Positions 49,999 through 60,211 of a stretch of 64,000 nucleotides of DNA are shown here, piece by piece. The notes below the pieces were generated by a model, which saw nothing but the letters and a program-made list of their open reading frames with translations, ran no database searches and was not told where the DNA came from. Source of the stretch: an archaeon GW2011_AR18 (GTDB lineage: Archaea; Nanobdellota; Nanobdellia; SCGC-AAA011-G17; GW2011-AR18); the NCBI GenBank assembly GCA_000806155.1, contig JWKX01000001.1, forward strand, positions 739-64,738, in the 5' to 3' direction. The position numbers were made by a program, and so were the translations under genes. Each line of letters opens with the position of its first letter. The stretch's first letter is position 1.

Positions 49999-50469
49999 AT
50001 GGAGTTTAATATAGGTACAATATTATTTGGAATATTCTATTCAGTATTTATAATTTCATTTTTTACAATTTTTCCTGTTGCTTTAGGAGCATTATATTTG
50101 TGGTTTATATTAAAAATGTTTCACCGTAAAAATCTTGGTTTTTGGAGATTAATAGGAACTTCACTTTTTAGCTATTTTAGTATAATAATGTCAGCAATTA
50201 TTTTGTCATTCATAAGTTCATTAATTATAATTAGTGGCAATATAAATAAAATTGATAATAATATATTTGGATTATCAATATGGATATCACTTTCTTTTAG
50301 TATTATAATAGGCATAATTTCAGGAACATTATGTATTAGGAAATTGATTAAAGAATCTTGGGGTTATTCTCTTCTTATTTCATTTTTAGTAATTGCTCTT
50401 ACGATAGCAACATTTTATTTAATTATGTGGTCTCCAATTGGAAGTTTTATAATTCCACCAGAACAATAA
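49999..50469 (+). CDS. hypothetical membrane protein
   Basis: 156 aa with four TM helices. Confidence 0.4.
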   Translation: MEFNIGTILFGIFYSVFIISFFTIFPVALGALYLWFILKMFHRKNLGFWRLIGTSLFSYFSIIMSAIILSFISSLIIISGNINKIDNNIFGLSIWISLSFSIIIGIISGTLCIRKLIKESWGYSLLISFLVIALTIATFYLIMWSPIGSFIIPPEQ

Positions 50470-52122
50470 TCATAATCTAAACAACTCAGTTAAATTTATC
50501 TCTAATCCTGTACAAGGCATTTCTATTCCAAAGTTTTCTAATACTTTTGGATTTATCTCCCCGAAGTTTCCTATGTATTCATTATTATGTTTTATTTTTG
50601 CATTTCTTCCTTTGATAAAACTTTCATGTTCTACTTCAGTTAATTCATATTGTATTCCTAATGTATTAAATAAATAATCTAGTACCTGTTTCATTTCTGT
50701 GAAGTTTACATTTGAATGACAATTAACTATTGATAATTTTAATACATCTCTGCATCCAACATCTTTCGTATTATCTATAACAGTAGTATGGCTTATCTCA
50801 AAGATTTTCTGTGGATATTCTGCACTTCTATTATTTTCTAATACTCTAATTAATTCTGGTAATAACCACTGCCTTATCATGTTTATTCCTTGTTCTACTG
50901 TTGTTCCTAATTTTACATATCCTGGCTCTTTTATATTCATTTTCTCAAACTGTGTCTCTTTATTTGTTAGCATTAATGTAAAACATTCCTGATATCCTAA
51001 TCCTATTAATAATTTGCTTATTTCCTCTTTTACTTTTACACTTCTTGTTGTCTCTCCTGTTGATTCTACATTTTTCATTCTTAGTTCTAGATTATTGAAT
51101 CCGTATGCTCTTGCTATATCATCAACAATATCTATATCATGCCATATGTCTGTTCTCAGTGGATCTGTTATTATTGTTAATGAATTAGGATTACTGCTTA
51201 CAACTTTATGGTTCATTTTTTCTAATAATTTTTTTACCTCATTTGTTTTTAGTTCTGTTCCTATTATTTTATTTACATATTCTGTTTTTATTGTTCTTTT
51301 TTCTCCTTTGAATTCTGGTGTTGTTATTTTCTTGTTTCCATAATTGACTTCTACTGAATAGATTTTTCCTCCTATTCCTACTAATGCGCTTATCATAACA
51401 TTTAATGCCATATCTATTGTCTTTAATTCTCTTCCAGATACTTCTACAAATACTTCTGTTGTTTTTTCATCAACTCTTCCCAGTTCATGTGAATTTATTA
51501 TTGGTGGCATTGATAATATTTTATTTTTAGAATCTGTGAATATTGGATATTTTTCCCATTTTTCTAATAAGTGTTTATATTTCATTCCTGTTGCATGTTT
51601 CTCTAATATCTCTTTTCCATTTATTTCTTTTTGATACTCTAATGGTCTGAATTTTATTTTTTCTGGTTTCTCTGCTGTGAATGTTATTGGAAATTTTATT
51701 TTTTCTAATGGATATACTCCTATTGCTCCTTTTTTTCTGTTTCTTAAGAATGTTCCACCTATCTTTTCTTGTACTCTTATTATCTCTCTTATTTTTTCAT
51801 CATCTAATTTTAATCCTTTGACTACTGCAGCTGCCGTATTCATCCACTCTTTTGCTGGTTGTTTTACATTTACTTTATAATTTGATTTATTTATTTTTAT
51901 TTCATCATTTTTATTTCCTAAATATGCTCTTAATGCTCTTCCCAATCCATAAGTAGATAGTAAGTCTGGTCTCTCTGTTGTGATATCTATTCTTAATTTA
52001 TCTCCTTCTGCACTTTCTAGTTCATATCCTAGACTGAATAATATTTCTTCTAATTCTTTTATCTCTAGTTTTCTTCCTATTATTTTATTCAGTTGTTTAT
52101 GTTCTGTTTCTAAGATTACCAT
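50470..52122 (-). CDS. pheT: phenylalanine--tRNA ligase beta subunit (archaeal type)
   Basis: 550 aa with B3/4 and B5-like regions. Overlaps the pheS stop. Confidence 0.9.
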   Translation of the reverse strand: MVILETEHKQLNKIIGRKLEIKELEEILFSLGYELESAEGDKLRIDITTERPDLLSTYGLGRALRAYLGNKNDEIKINKSNYKVNVKQPAKEWMNTAAAVVKGLKLDDEKIREIIRVQEKIGGTFLRNRKKGAIGVYPLEKIKFPITFTAEKPEKIKFRPLEYQKEINGKEILEKHATGMKYKHLLEKWEKYPIFTDSKNKILSMPPIINSHELGRVDEKTTEVFVEVSGRELKTIDMALNVMISALVGIGGKIYSVEVNYGNKKITTPEFKGEKRTIKTEYVNKIIGTELKTNEVKKLLEKMNHKVVSSNPNSLTIITDPLRTDIWHDIDIVDDIARAYGFNNLELRMKNVESTGETTRSVKVKEEISKLLIGLGYQECFTLMLTNKETQFEKMNIKEPGYVKLGTTVEQGINMIRQWLLPELIRVLENNRSAEYPQKIFEISHTTVIDNTKDVGCRDVLKLSIVNCHSNVNFTEMKQVLDYLFNTLGIQYELTEVEHESFIKGRNAKIKHNNEYIGNFGEINPKVLENFGIEMPCTGLEINLTELFRL

Positions 52123-53648
52123 TTTTTTGTTACCTTATGTTCTCTTAACCATCTTAGATCTGATGTTGCTCCTAGCATGTTTCTTACATCTTTTTGTTCA
52201 TGTATCATCATTGCTAGTCTCTCTAATCCTAATCCCCATGCTATTACTGGAACTTTTATTCCATATGGTTCTAATGCTTCTGGTCTGAATATTCCTGAAT
52301 TTATTAGTTCTATCCATTTTCCTAATTGTTCATTATATCCATATGCTTCCATCGAGCTTTCCGTATATGGGTTATATGTTGGTTTGAATTTTATTTTATT
52401 TATCCCCATCTTGTTATAGAATTCTTTTACATATCCCATTAGATCTCTTAATGTTAATCCTTCATCCATTATGAATCCCTCTACTTGGTGGAATTCTGGT
52501 AAGTGAGTTGCATCTATTGCTTCATTTCTAAATATTCTTCCTATGTAGAAATATTTTGCTGGTGGTTTTATATTTCTTTCTCCGAAATATCTGAAGGTAG
52601 TAGCTGTTGTGTGTGTTCTTAATAATAATTGTTTTGCTACATTTTCATCAAATTTATATCCGTACCCTTTTGATCCTGATTTTCCTCCGTTCTCATGTAC
52701 TTCTGCTACTTTTTTTACTAATTCTTTTATTGGTAATTTACCTTCTTTATTTAAGTAGAATGTGTCTTGCACCTCTCTTGCTGGATGGTCTTGTGGTATC
52801 CACATTGAGTCCATGCACCAGAATGCTGTCTCTACTAATGGTCCTTCCATTTCTTTGAATCCCATATCTAAGAATATTGTTCTTATATAGTCTATTGTTT
52901 CCTGTAATGGATGTCCTCTTCCCCCTATTAATTTTGGAACTTGACTTTTTACATCATAGCTTCTGAATTCTTTATCTTTCCACTCTTTATTCTTTAATAT
53001 TTCAGGCGTTAGATTCTCTATTAAGTTTACATCTAATTTTTCTTTTACTATCTCTTTTCCTAATTTTGTTAATGTTATTTTTCTCTCTTTGTTCTCATCT
53101 GTTCTAGTTATGTTTCTTTTCCTTAATTCTTCTATTATTTTTTTATCTTTATCACTGAATATTTCTGTTTTTGCTCCATCTTTTAATTTCTCTAATAATT
53201 GTTCTTCATCAGATTTTTTTTCTAATACAGAAATTCCTTGATTGGTTATTTTGAATTTTGCCTCTTTTTCTTTTATGGTTTCTATGTAATTATTTCTTCT
53301 TAGCAATCCTATGCATGCATTTACCTCTTCATTGCTTAGTTCTGCTTTTTGTTTTATCTCTTCTAAGTTTAGTATTGTATTTTTTATTGTTCTTAAAAAT
53401 CTTTTTTCTGGTAGTCCTTTTTCTAAATATTTTCTTCCATGATCTGTTAATTTTGCTGTTTGTGTTATTGTTAATTCATTTATTACTAAGCCTTTTGCTT
53501 CTAGCCATTGTGCTGCTCTTGTTATCTCTACTTCTTCTAATTTAGAGTTTTTCACTATTTCTGACTGTATATTATTGAATTTTAATAATGGTAATAATTT
53601 TCTCTCTAATGGATGTAACTGGTTCACTATCTTTTTGACTTCTGTCAT
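52116..53648 (-). CDS. pheS: phenylalanine--tRNA ligase alpha subunit (archaeal/eukaryotic type)
   Basis: Class II motifs FRNEAIDATHLPEFHQVEG and GLGLERLAMM. 510 aa. Confidence 0.9.
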   Translation of the reverse strand: MTEVKKIVNQLHPLERKLLPLLKFNNIQSEIVKNSKLEEVEITRAAQWLEAKGLVINELTITQTAKLTDHGRKYLEKGLPEKRFLRTIKNTILNLEEIKQKAELSNEEVNACIGLLRRNNYIETIKEKEAKFKITNQGISVLEKKSDEEQLLEKLKDGAKTEIFSDKDKKIIEELRKRNITRTDENKERKITLTKLGKEIVKEKLDVNLIENLTPEILKNKEWKDKEFRSYDVKSQVPKLIGGRGHPLQETIDYIRTIFLDMGFKEMEGPLVETAFWCMDSMWIPQDHPAREVQDTFYLNKEGKLPIKELVKKVAEVHENGGKSGSKGYGYKFDENVAKQLLLRTHTTATTFRYFGERNIKPPAKYFYIGRIFRNEAIDATHLPEFHQVEGFIMDEGLTLRDLMGYVKEFYNKMGINKIKFKPTYNPYTESSMEAYGYNEQLGKWIELINSGIFRPEALEPYGIKVPVIAWGLGLERLAMMIHEQKDVRNMLGATSDLRWLREHKVTKKW

Positions 53649-53697
53649 TAAGTATTATAATTAATATTTGGTTTATATAATTATCTTTTAGAATTTT

Positions 53698-54015
53698 TCA
53701 GGCTGCATTATCATCTTTATATCTGGCGAATATTAAACTGAACTCATCAGCTGTGTCTTCATCTATTTCAGTATAACCATTTTTTTCTAAAAGTTTCTGG
53801 TATAATCTATTATGTGCATTTACATGTACAGGAACATTGCTTCTGTCTATGACTAAGCCTGAATCAACTCCGTCTCTATATAGTCTGACATTTTTAGCAG
53901 CATGATTTATATTATCACATCCCATTACTGCATCTATCCTAGAATTATTTACTACTTCAACTAAAGTTAGTTTACCTTCTTTATCATATACTAAGAATAA
54001 TTTTATTGTTTCCAT
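53698..54015 (-). CDS. hypothetical protein
   Basis: 105 aa ORF. Confidence 0.35.
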   Translation of the reverse strand: METIKLFLVYDKEGKLTLVEVVNNSRIDAVMGCDNINHAAKNVRLYRDGVDSGLVIDRSNVPVHVNAHNRLYQKLLEKNGYTEIDEDTADEFSLIFARYKDDNAA

Positions 54016-54809
54016 ACTTGTTCAAACATCTCTTTCAATGCACCTGCGAAGAATGGTGTTGATACCCATATTCCGACATCTGTTGTATTATCCTGTACTT
54101 TGTCGTGATTTACCATAAACACCAGTTCTTTATCATCTACTACAACAAACCTTGCATTTAAATTTATATCTTTTACTTCTGCATACTCTTTTAGCTCTTC
54201 TGCTGCCTCTTTTGCTTTTTCTGTCTTTAGTGGTGCAGCTATTCTTACTTTTACTTTGTTGTTCTTTATTTTCTTGAATGTTGTTTTTAAATATTCTGCT
54301 TTTCTTACTATGCCATCAGCAGTAGTCACTATTAGTACCTCTTTCTCTGCATTGTTTATTAAATTATTTATATGGTCATAGACATTTTCTCTCCCTTTGA
54401 AGCTTCCAGCGATTGTGCTTGGATCTACATTGTCTATTCCGTGTTTGAATAATAAGCTTAATTCCTTGAATACATCTGTTGTCTGTACGTTTTCTAGCAT
54501 CTGTATCTGTTCTTCTGCTCTGTCCTGGAATCCTTTCTTTACTCTCTTTAATATTTCTGTTGGCTGTACTGCTAGGTATTTTATTGGTCTTCCTAGTTTC
54601 ATGATTATGAATCCTTTCTTTTCTAAGCTTTCTAGGACATCGTATGCTCTTGATCTAGGTACATTGCTTAAGTCACTTAATTCTCCTGCTGTTGCTGCTC
54701 CTTTTCCTAATAGTGATACCCAGATTTTTACTTCATATATGTTTAAGTTGAATGTACTTCTCAATTTCTTCAATAGTTCTTCTTTTACAATCATTTTACA
54801 ACTATACAA
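54003..54809 (-). CDS. TrmB family transcriptional regulator
   Basis: N-terminal wHTH LLGKGAATAGELSDLSNVPRSRAYDVLESLEKKGFI plus a C-terminal effector-like domain. 268 aa. Confidence 0.75.
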   Translation of the reverse strand: MYSCKMIVKEELLKKLRSTFNLNIYEVKIWVSLLGKGAATAGELSDLSNVPRSRAYDVLESLEKKGFIIMKLGRPIKYLAVQPTEILKRVKKGFQDRAEEQIQMLENVQTTDVFKELSLLFKHGIDNVDPSTIAGSFKGRENVYDHINNLINNAEKEVLIVTTADGIVRKAEYLKTTFKKIKNNKVKVRIAAPLKTEKAKEAAEELKEYAEVKDINLNARFVVVDDKELVFMVNHDKVQDNTTDVGIWVSTPFFAGALKEMFEQVWKQ

Positions 54810-54950
54810 TAATAACAGTAAAGGTTTATAAAGCTTTTCATTATAGTTACTATATAGTAGTTATAGATTAAGAATAAGTCTAAAATGTAATATCAAGAAA
54901 AAACAGATAGTCAGGCAAATATTTATATAATATTTAAGTTTTATAATATC

Positions 54951-55493
54951 ATGTCTAAGAAGAAGGTGAATAATCTATTTAAGTATAGTGTCTATTTAGT
55001 GATATTATTAGTTATAATTGGTCTTGCTTATTCTGTCTATGTTTTTAAGAAGAGTAGTTCTGGTGAGAATTCAGAATCTTTTATTGTCTGTAAGGATGAG
55101 AATAATTGTATTATTGCGTTGCATATTCATTCTGAAGTTAGTATAGATGTCTGTAGTAAACAATTAGATCTTCCCTTAGAAGCTGGCAACAAGAGAGGGA
55201 CTCATACTCATAAAGAAAGAAACATTCTCCATTTTGAGGAAAAATTAGCTTACAATAATAAGACTCAAAAAATTATTGACACTGAACCTTTGAAGCTTAA
55301 GAATTTCTTTAATCATGAATCTGTCAATATGGGGTTCAGTAATACTTGTATTAATGATAAATGCAATAATGATTTATGTGATAATACTCCATCTCGTGTT
55401 AGGATGTTTGTTAATGATATTGAGAATTTCCAGTTCCATGATTATGTATGGAATGATGGTGATAAGATAAAAATAACTTTTGGAGGTGAATAA
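54951..55493 (+). CDS. secreted/anchored Cys-containing hypothetical protein
   Basis: N-terminal signal anchor YSVYLVILLVIIGLAYSVYVF and multiple Cys. Confidence 0.4.
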   Translation: MSKKKVNNLFKYSVYLVILLVIIGLAYSVYVFKKSSSGENSESFIVCKDENNCIIALHIHSEVSIDVCSKQLDLPLEAGNKRGTHTHKERNILHFEEKLAYNNKTQKIIDTEPLKLKNFFNHESVNMGFSNTCINDKCNNDLCDNTPSRVRMFVNDIENFQFHDYVWNDGDKIKITFGGE

Positions 55494-55494
55494 G

Positions 55495-55629
55495 ATGAAT
55501 AATGATTGTTTTGTTTGCAAGAAGACTTTAGTTAAGATTATTAGTTTTGAATCTAAGAAGTTCTGTTCTGATAAATGTAAGAAGAAATTTAATGATTGTA
55601 AGAAGAAAAAAGTTTGTGAGTTTTGCTAG
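55495..55629 (+). CDS. 44-aa Cys-rich zinc-ribbon-like mini-protein
   Basis: Manually translated: MNNDCFVCKKTLVKIISFESKKFCSDKCKKKFNDCKKKKVCEFC. Immediately precedes the ccdA-like gene. Confidence 0.3.
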   Translation: MNNDCFVCKKTLVKIISFESKKFCSDKCKKKFNDCKKKKVCEFC

Positions 55630-56316
55630 ATGAGTGATATTAATTTGCCAATAATTATAGGTGCCTCTTTGATAGATGGTATTAACCCTTGTGCTTTCGG
55701 TGTCTTGATATTCTTATTAGCTTATTTAGCTAAGACCACTAAGAAGAAATCTAAGATGTTAGTTAATGGTTTCGTCTATATTTTTGCTGTCTTCCTTACT
55801 TACTTGTTTGCAGGTTTGTTATTATTGCCTATTATCCAGAGTTTGGGGAGTTTCTCTGTTTATTCTTATGTTGTTCTAGCTGTTATAGTGGTCATTGCAG
55901 GTTTATTAGAGATTAAAGACTATTTTTGGTACGGTAAAGGGTTTTCATTATCTATTTTCCCTTCTGAAGCTGAGAGGATCAAGAAATATGTTAGCAGTGT
56001 TTCAGGTAATCCACTGACTGCTTTTGCTCTTGGTGTTTTTGTTGCTTTGGTTGAACTTCCTTGTACTGGTGCTGTTTATTTGGCAGTCTTAGCATTGATG
56101 TCTTTTACTGGTATTACAGTTTCTAATATTTTATTCTTAGTGATATATAATGTGATATTTGTTATTCCTTTGGTTGTAATTCTTTTGTTGGTTTATAGGC
56201 AATCTTCTACTGTTAAGTTTGAGAGATGGAGACAGAAACATAAAGCTTTGATGCGTCTAGCTACAGGTTTAGTATTATTAGCTCTTGGTTTATGGATGAT
56301 ATTTACTATACTATGA
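55630..56316 (+). CDS. ccdA: cytochrome c biogenesis protein CcdA / DsbD-like thiol-disulfide transporter
   Basis: GINPCAFGVL in TM1 and LPCTGAVYLAVL in TM4. Six TM helices. Confidence 0.75.
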   Translation: MSDINLPIIIGASLIDGINPCAFGVLIFLLAYLAKTTKKKSKMLVNGFVYIFAVFLTYLFAGLLLLPIIQSLGSFSVYSYVVLAVIVVIAGLLEIKDYFWYGKGFSLSIFPSEAERIKKYVSSVSGNPLTAFALGVFVALVELPCTGAVYLAVLALMSFTGITVSNILFLVIYNVIFVIPLVVILLLVYRQSSTVKFERWRQKHKALMRLATGLVLLALGLWMIFTIL

Positions 56317-56355
56317 TTCCAAAGCCTTTATATAAAATTAAATTTTAATTAGTTT

Positions 56356-57165
56356 ATGAAACATAATATTAAAGTAACAATTATTCTTTTATTATTATTT
56401 ATCTGTTCTCATCTTATCGGTTTATATGTTATTAATCATTACTTGCCTTCAACTGCTGATTTGCCTTTGAATATAGAAAAGCCGCAATTTGCTGAAGAGA
56501 CTTCTTATCTCCCGATTTTTCTCACTATTATTATTGCTACTGCTCTGGCTTTATTATTGATAAGGTTTAAAGCTCTTAAGATTTGGAAGTTCTGGTTTTT
56601 ACTATCTGTTTTCATGACTCTGACTATTGCTTTCAATGCTTTCATTCCTGAAGCTTTCGCTATAACTTTAGCTATTATCTTTGCTTTATGGAAAATTTTC
56701 AAGCCTAATGTTTATGTCCATAATTTTACTGAATTATTTATCTATGGTGGTCTGGCTGCTATTTTTGTTCCTGTTTTGAATATTTTTTCAGCTGTTGTTT
56801 TATTAATATTGATATCAGTTTATGATTTCATTGCTGTATGGCATACTAAGCATATGGTCTCTATGGCTAAGTTCCAGTCTTCAACTAATGTTTTCGCCGG
56901 ATTGTTAGTTCCTTATTCTGATAATAAGATAATAAATAAATACAAGAAAGCTCCTGAGAATTCTAAAGTATCTAAAGTTAGAGTTTCAGAAGCTATGCTT
57001 GGTGGTGGGGATATTGGTTTTCCTTTATTATTCTCTGGTGTTATATTAAAAACTTTAGGATTAAATCAGGCTTTGATAGTATCTTTATGTTCTGCTCTTG
57101 CTTTATTGTTTTTATTCATTATTGCTGAGAAGAAGAAGTTCTATCCTGCTATGCCTTTCAATTAA
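56356..57165 (+). CDS. presenilin/signal-peptide-peptidase family intramembrane aspartyl protease (A22-like)
   Basis: YD motif (LILISVYDFIAVW), GxGD motif (LGGGDIGFPLL) and a C-terminal PAL-like FYPAMPF. Polytopic. Confidence 0.6.
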   Translation: MKHNIKVTIILLLLFICSHLIGLYVINHYLPSTADLPLNIEKPQFAEETSYLPIFLTIIIATALALLLIRFKALKIWKFWFLLSVFMTLTIAFNAFIPEAFAITLAIIFALWKIFKPNVYVHNFTELFIYGGLAAIFVPVLNIFSAVVLLILISVYDFIAVWHTKHMVSMAKFQSSTNVFAGLLVPYSDNKIINKYKKAPENSKVSKVRVSEAMLGGGDIGFPLLFSGVILKTLGLNQALIVSLCSALALLFLFIIAEKKKFYPAMPFN

Positions 57166-57175
57166 CAAAAAGAAG

Positions 57176-57628
57176 GTGTCTGTATTAATTTTCTTAGTTA
57201 TTCTTTTAACTGTGATTATTGTTATTAATACTCCTAGTAATTGCAAGAGTGATTATTATTGTTTTAATGATCATGTTCTTGACTGTTCTAAAGCTAAGGT
57301 TATTACAGAAAAGGATGATAATACTTATTATTATGAAGTCCTCTCTAAGAAAGATGATAATTGCATTATTAAAGTTCAGTTGAATAAATTGTCTAATTCT
57401 CAGTCTAATGATCTGAAGAAAGCTCTTGAAGGTAAGAATATGTTATGTTCAATTCCTAGTTCTACTCTTGAAGTCAAGGATATTAAATCTATAACTAATC
57501 TTAATGATTATTGTTCAGGACAGTTGAAGGAAGCAGTTCTTGAAGTTACTATACAGAAACTTTATGATGTTGTTGTAGAAAATATAGGACCTATTGCTGC
57601 TGAATTAAGGAATAGCACAAGGATTTAG
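57176..57628 (+). CDS. small secreted/anchored Cys-containing protein
   Basis: Signal anchor VSVLIFLVILLTVIIVI, then a Cys-containing domain. Probable GTG start. Confidence 0.35.
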   Translation: MSVLIFLVILLTVIIVINTPSNCKSDYYCFNDHVLDCSKAKVITEKDDNTYYYEVLSKKDDNCIIKVQLNKLSNSQSNDLKKALEGKNMLCSIPSSTLEVKDIKSITNLNDYCSGQLKEAVLEVTIQKLYDVVVENIGPIAAELRNSTRI

Positions 57629-57694
57629 TTAAAAGTTTTAATTGTTTTAATAAATAATAGGTTTTATATTGTACTTCTTTTAAAGATATAAAAA

Positions 57695-58060
57695 ATGGAA
57701 GTCTTAAAAGGCAATTTTAATGAAGGTAATGAAAAACATAGAGGATGGATTATTGGGCATTTTATAGATGAAAAATCTCCTTTTCACAGTAAAGATTTTG
57801 AAATCAAATGGGGAAGGTATAAAAAAGGTGATTCAAAAATTAGTATTGGAAAAAATTTAAAATCAGAAACTCTGACAATAATGATCCATGGTAGATTAAA
57901 GATAATTTTCCCTGAATATAAAAAAACCTTCATTTTAGATAAGGAAGGTGATTACCTATTTTTCCCTAAAAATATTAGCCATTCATGGGTTGCTGAGGAG
58001 GATTGTATGATTATAGGAATAAGATGGCCTTCTATACCTAATGATCAGAAGATTGTCTAG
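57695..58060 (+). CDS. cupin domain protein
   Basis: 121 aa with two-motif cupin beta-barrel signatures (GWIIGHF ... GDYLFFPKNISHSW). Confidence 0.55.
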   Translation: MEVLKGNFNEGNEKHRGWIIGHFIDEKSPFHSKDFEIKWGRYKKGDSKISIGKNLKSETLTIMIHGRLKIIFPEYKKTFILDKEGDYLFFPKNISHSWVAEEDCMIIGIRWPSIPNDQKIV

Positions 58061-58823
58061 TTTTATCAACAACGTAAAATGTCTCTTCAGTGTATTCTAT
58101 TTTTGTATATTTATAATCTAATCTCTCAAGTAACCTCTCTATCCATCCTCTTTGCGGATGATTCATCTCTCTTGCACCTCTTATGCTTAAATTTGAGAAT
58201 GATATAACTAGATATCTGGCTTTTATTTTTTTTATCAGTTCCTCGCTTGTTTTATGATCTTTTACATCTATGCTATCTAATAATTTAAACAAGAAACATA
58301 CATCAGTTTCTGGTAATTTTATATCTTTAGTTACATCCCCTTTTATTATCTCAAACTTATATTTATTATTTTTTAGATATTCAGAGATTATCTCACAATC
58401 TTTCTCTGTTAGTTCATTTACATAATAATATACATTCTTCCCAATAAGATCATAACTTAATACATTTAATCCTGCTCCTAGGTCTAATATTTTTTTAGGT
58501 TTTCCTGTTATCTCAAATATTTTTTCATAAACATCCTGATATATTCTCTCTCTTTCTCTTGTTGAACTATGTAATTCTAAATTTAATTCATTTTTATTAT
58601 CAACTGTTTTTTCCCAGAATTGTCCATATCTTTTATTTAATTCATTCCTTACTGATTTTACTATCTGTTCTCTATCTCTCTCTTTAAGTAAGTTTTTCTT
58701 ATATTTAGCCTCTAATTTAGAATTCTGTTTCAGTATTAATAATATAAATTTCTCAACAAAACTATCATCTATATTACTTAATGTTTTTTTATCTTTGATT
58801 TTTTTAATTAACTGAATATCCAT
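58038..58823 (-). CDS. class I SAM-dependent methyltransferase (possibly rRNA/tRNA methyltransferase)
   Basis: Motif I ILDLGAGLNVLSY after a helical N-terminal domain. 261 aa. Confidence 0.6.
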   Translation of the reverse strand: MDIQLIKKIKDKKTLSNIDDSFVEKFILLILKQNSKLEAKYKKNLLKERDREQIVKSVRNELNKRYGQFWEKTVDNKNELNLELHSSTRERERIYQDVYEKIFEITGKPKKILDLGAGLNVLSYDLIGKNVYYYVNELTEKDCEIISEYLKNNKYKFEIIKGDVTKDIKLPETDVCFLFKLLDSIDVKDHKTSEELIKKIKARYLVISFSNLSIRGAREMNHPQRGWIERLLERLDYKYTKIEYTEETFYVVDKTRQSSDH

Positions 58824-58868
58824 GATTAAAGAAGTTAACTTTATATTTAAAAACTATTTGATAATTCT

Positions 58869-59285
58869 ATGGAATTAGAGAATCCTGGATTAGATGATAT
58901 AGGTGAAATGGAAAAAGCCATTGATATAATATCTTATGAATTTAATATATGTAAAAGCGTTGCTCCAAGTCCTGGGATGTTTTATATAAAAACAGATTTT
59001 GGTAGGATGTATATTGGCATGGTTATAACAAATAAACTGATTATACATGATTGCAGAGTTAATACTTCAATGATAAGATCTCTTGATAATGTTTTCTCTG
59101 AATTAAGAACTAAAGAATTAGAAAAAGCAACATTTGGAGAGATTATAATAATTGATGAACTTCCTGCTTTTATTCGTGATAAGGATCATGACAGGAGAGA
59201 GGTGCATATAAACTCCTTAAATAGGTGTTATAATCTCGAAGATGTTTACAATAAAATAATGCAGGATTATTTTGAGAATAAATAG
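58869..59285 (+). CDS. hypothetical protein
   Basis: 138 aa ORF. Confidence 0.35.
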   Translation: MELENPGLDDIGEMEKAIDIISYEFNICKSVAPSPGMFYIKTDFGRMYIGMVITNKLIIHDCRVNTSMIRSLDNVFSELRTKELEKATFGEIIIIDELPAFIRDKDHDRREVHINSLNRCYNLEDVYNKIMQDYFENK

Positions 59286-59294
59286 TTTAGATGA

Positions 59295-59738
59295 TCAGAT
59301 TTTTAATGGTGTGCAGATTAATTCCCCTTTTTCTATATCAAAATAGATATTTAATGCAAAACGTCCATCATTAAATTCTATATCTATATTTTTTTCATTA
59401 AAATGTTTTTTTATATACTCAACAAGTAATATTCTCTCAGGAAAATGAATTTTTTCAGCTTCAGATTTATTTTTATAGTCTTGATAATAAATTTTTCCCC
59501 CTCTTAGATATACTTTTACTTCATTTATATTTTTTTTATAAGACTTGATTATTTTATCTATTGAATATTTAATAAAAAAATCATCATGAGAATGTGACAT
59601 ATAAGCAGTTTTAGATTTAGGATCATATACCACTAAACAATAGCATGGCCCAGGTGAACAAGATAAAACATTTGGCGATGAAGCTTTTTTATATTCATCA
59701 GTTTCAACAAGTATCTCTTTTTTCTCTCTTTTATTCAT
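59295..59738 (-). CDS. hypothetical protein
   Basis: The ORF track extends to 59810, but that overlaps the candidate SRP RNA. Met at 59738 (MNKREKKEIL) is preferred. Confidence 0.35.
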   Translation of the reverse strand: MNKREKKEILVETDEYKKASSPNVLSCSPGPCYCLVVYDPKSKTAYMSHSHDDFFIKYSIDKIIKSYKKNINEVKVYLRGGKIYYQDYKNKSEAEKIHFPERILLVEYIKKHFNEKNIDIEFNDGRFALNIYFDIEKGELICTPLKI

Positions 59739-59782
59739 AAAATAATAATAAGATGCAAATTTATATAATTTTGCTAAAAATT

Positions 59783-60048
59783 TAGTAGGCACGCCCAAGA
59801 GTGGATACACTAATCTTCACAGGTTGAGTCCTAATCTTTCCTCTACCCCGCTACCCTGTAAGCGTTATCTTGAATGCTTATTGTTGCTTTGTTCCCAATC
59901 TCACAAGTTTCACAATCAAAACAACCAGACAGGACAGGATATCACTGTAGTTATTAGGGCCTGCAAAAATTAATGCATCGCCTCTTGGACTTCGACTCCA
60001 TCTAAGACCGTTTATGGTTACAGGTGCGGCCTAAACACCCAGCCTAGC
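59783..60048 (-). ncRNA. ffs: candidate signal recognition particle RNA (7S RNA)
   Basis: Minus-strand reading contains the Alu-domain-like GGGUGUUUAGGCCGCACCUGUAACC (UGUAAC motif). A helix-8-like GUUGUUUUG ... CAAAGCAAC contains AGCA. Termini pair (UAGGC/GCCUA). No ORF is coherent across the region, and there are T-runs at both ends. Confidence 0.45.
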
Positions 60049-60211
60049 TTTTTTTAGTCCGAATGAGAATGGATATTTGTCTTCTGTTCCTTCCTCGCTT
60101 AATATCATTGTCTTATGTCCTTTAAATTCTCCTGTTTTTGCTGTCATTTTATTTTTCTCCTTATGATTTTATTTAAGTTTTAAATTTAGTAGATTATTAT
60201 ATACTTTATGA

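Noticed and set aside
60050-60160. Short minus-strand ORF MTAKTGEFKGHKT... reading into the SRP RNA region
   Set aside because: It is very short and terminates within the structured RNA. It more likely represents promoter or leader sequence than a gene.
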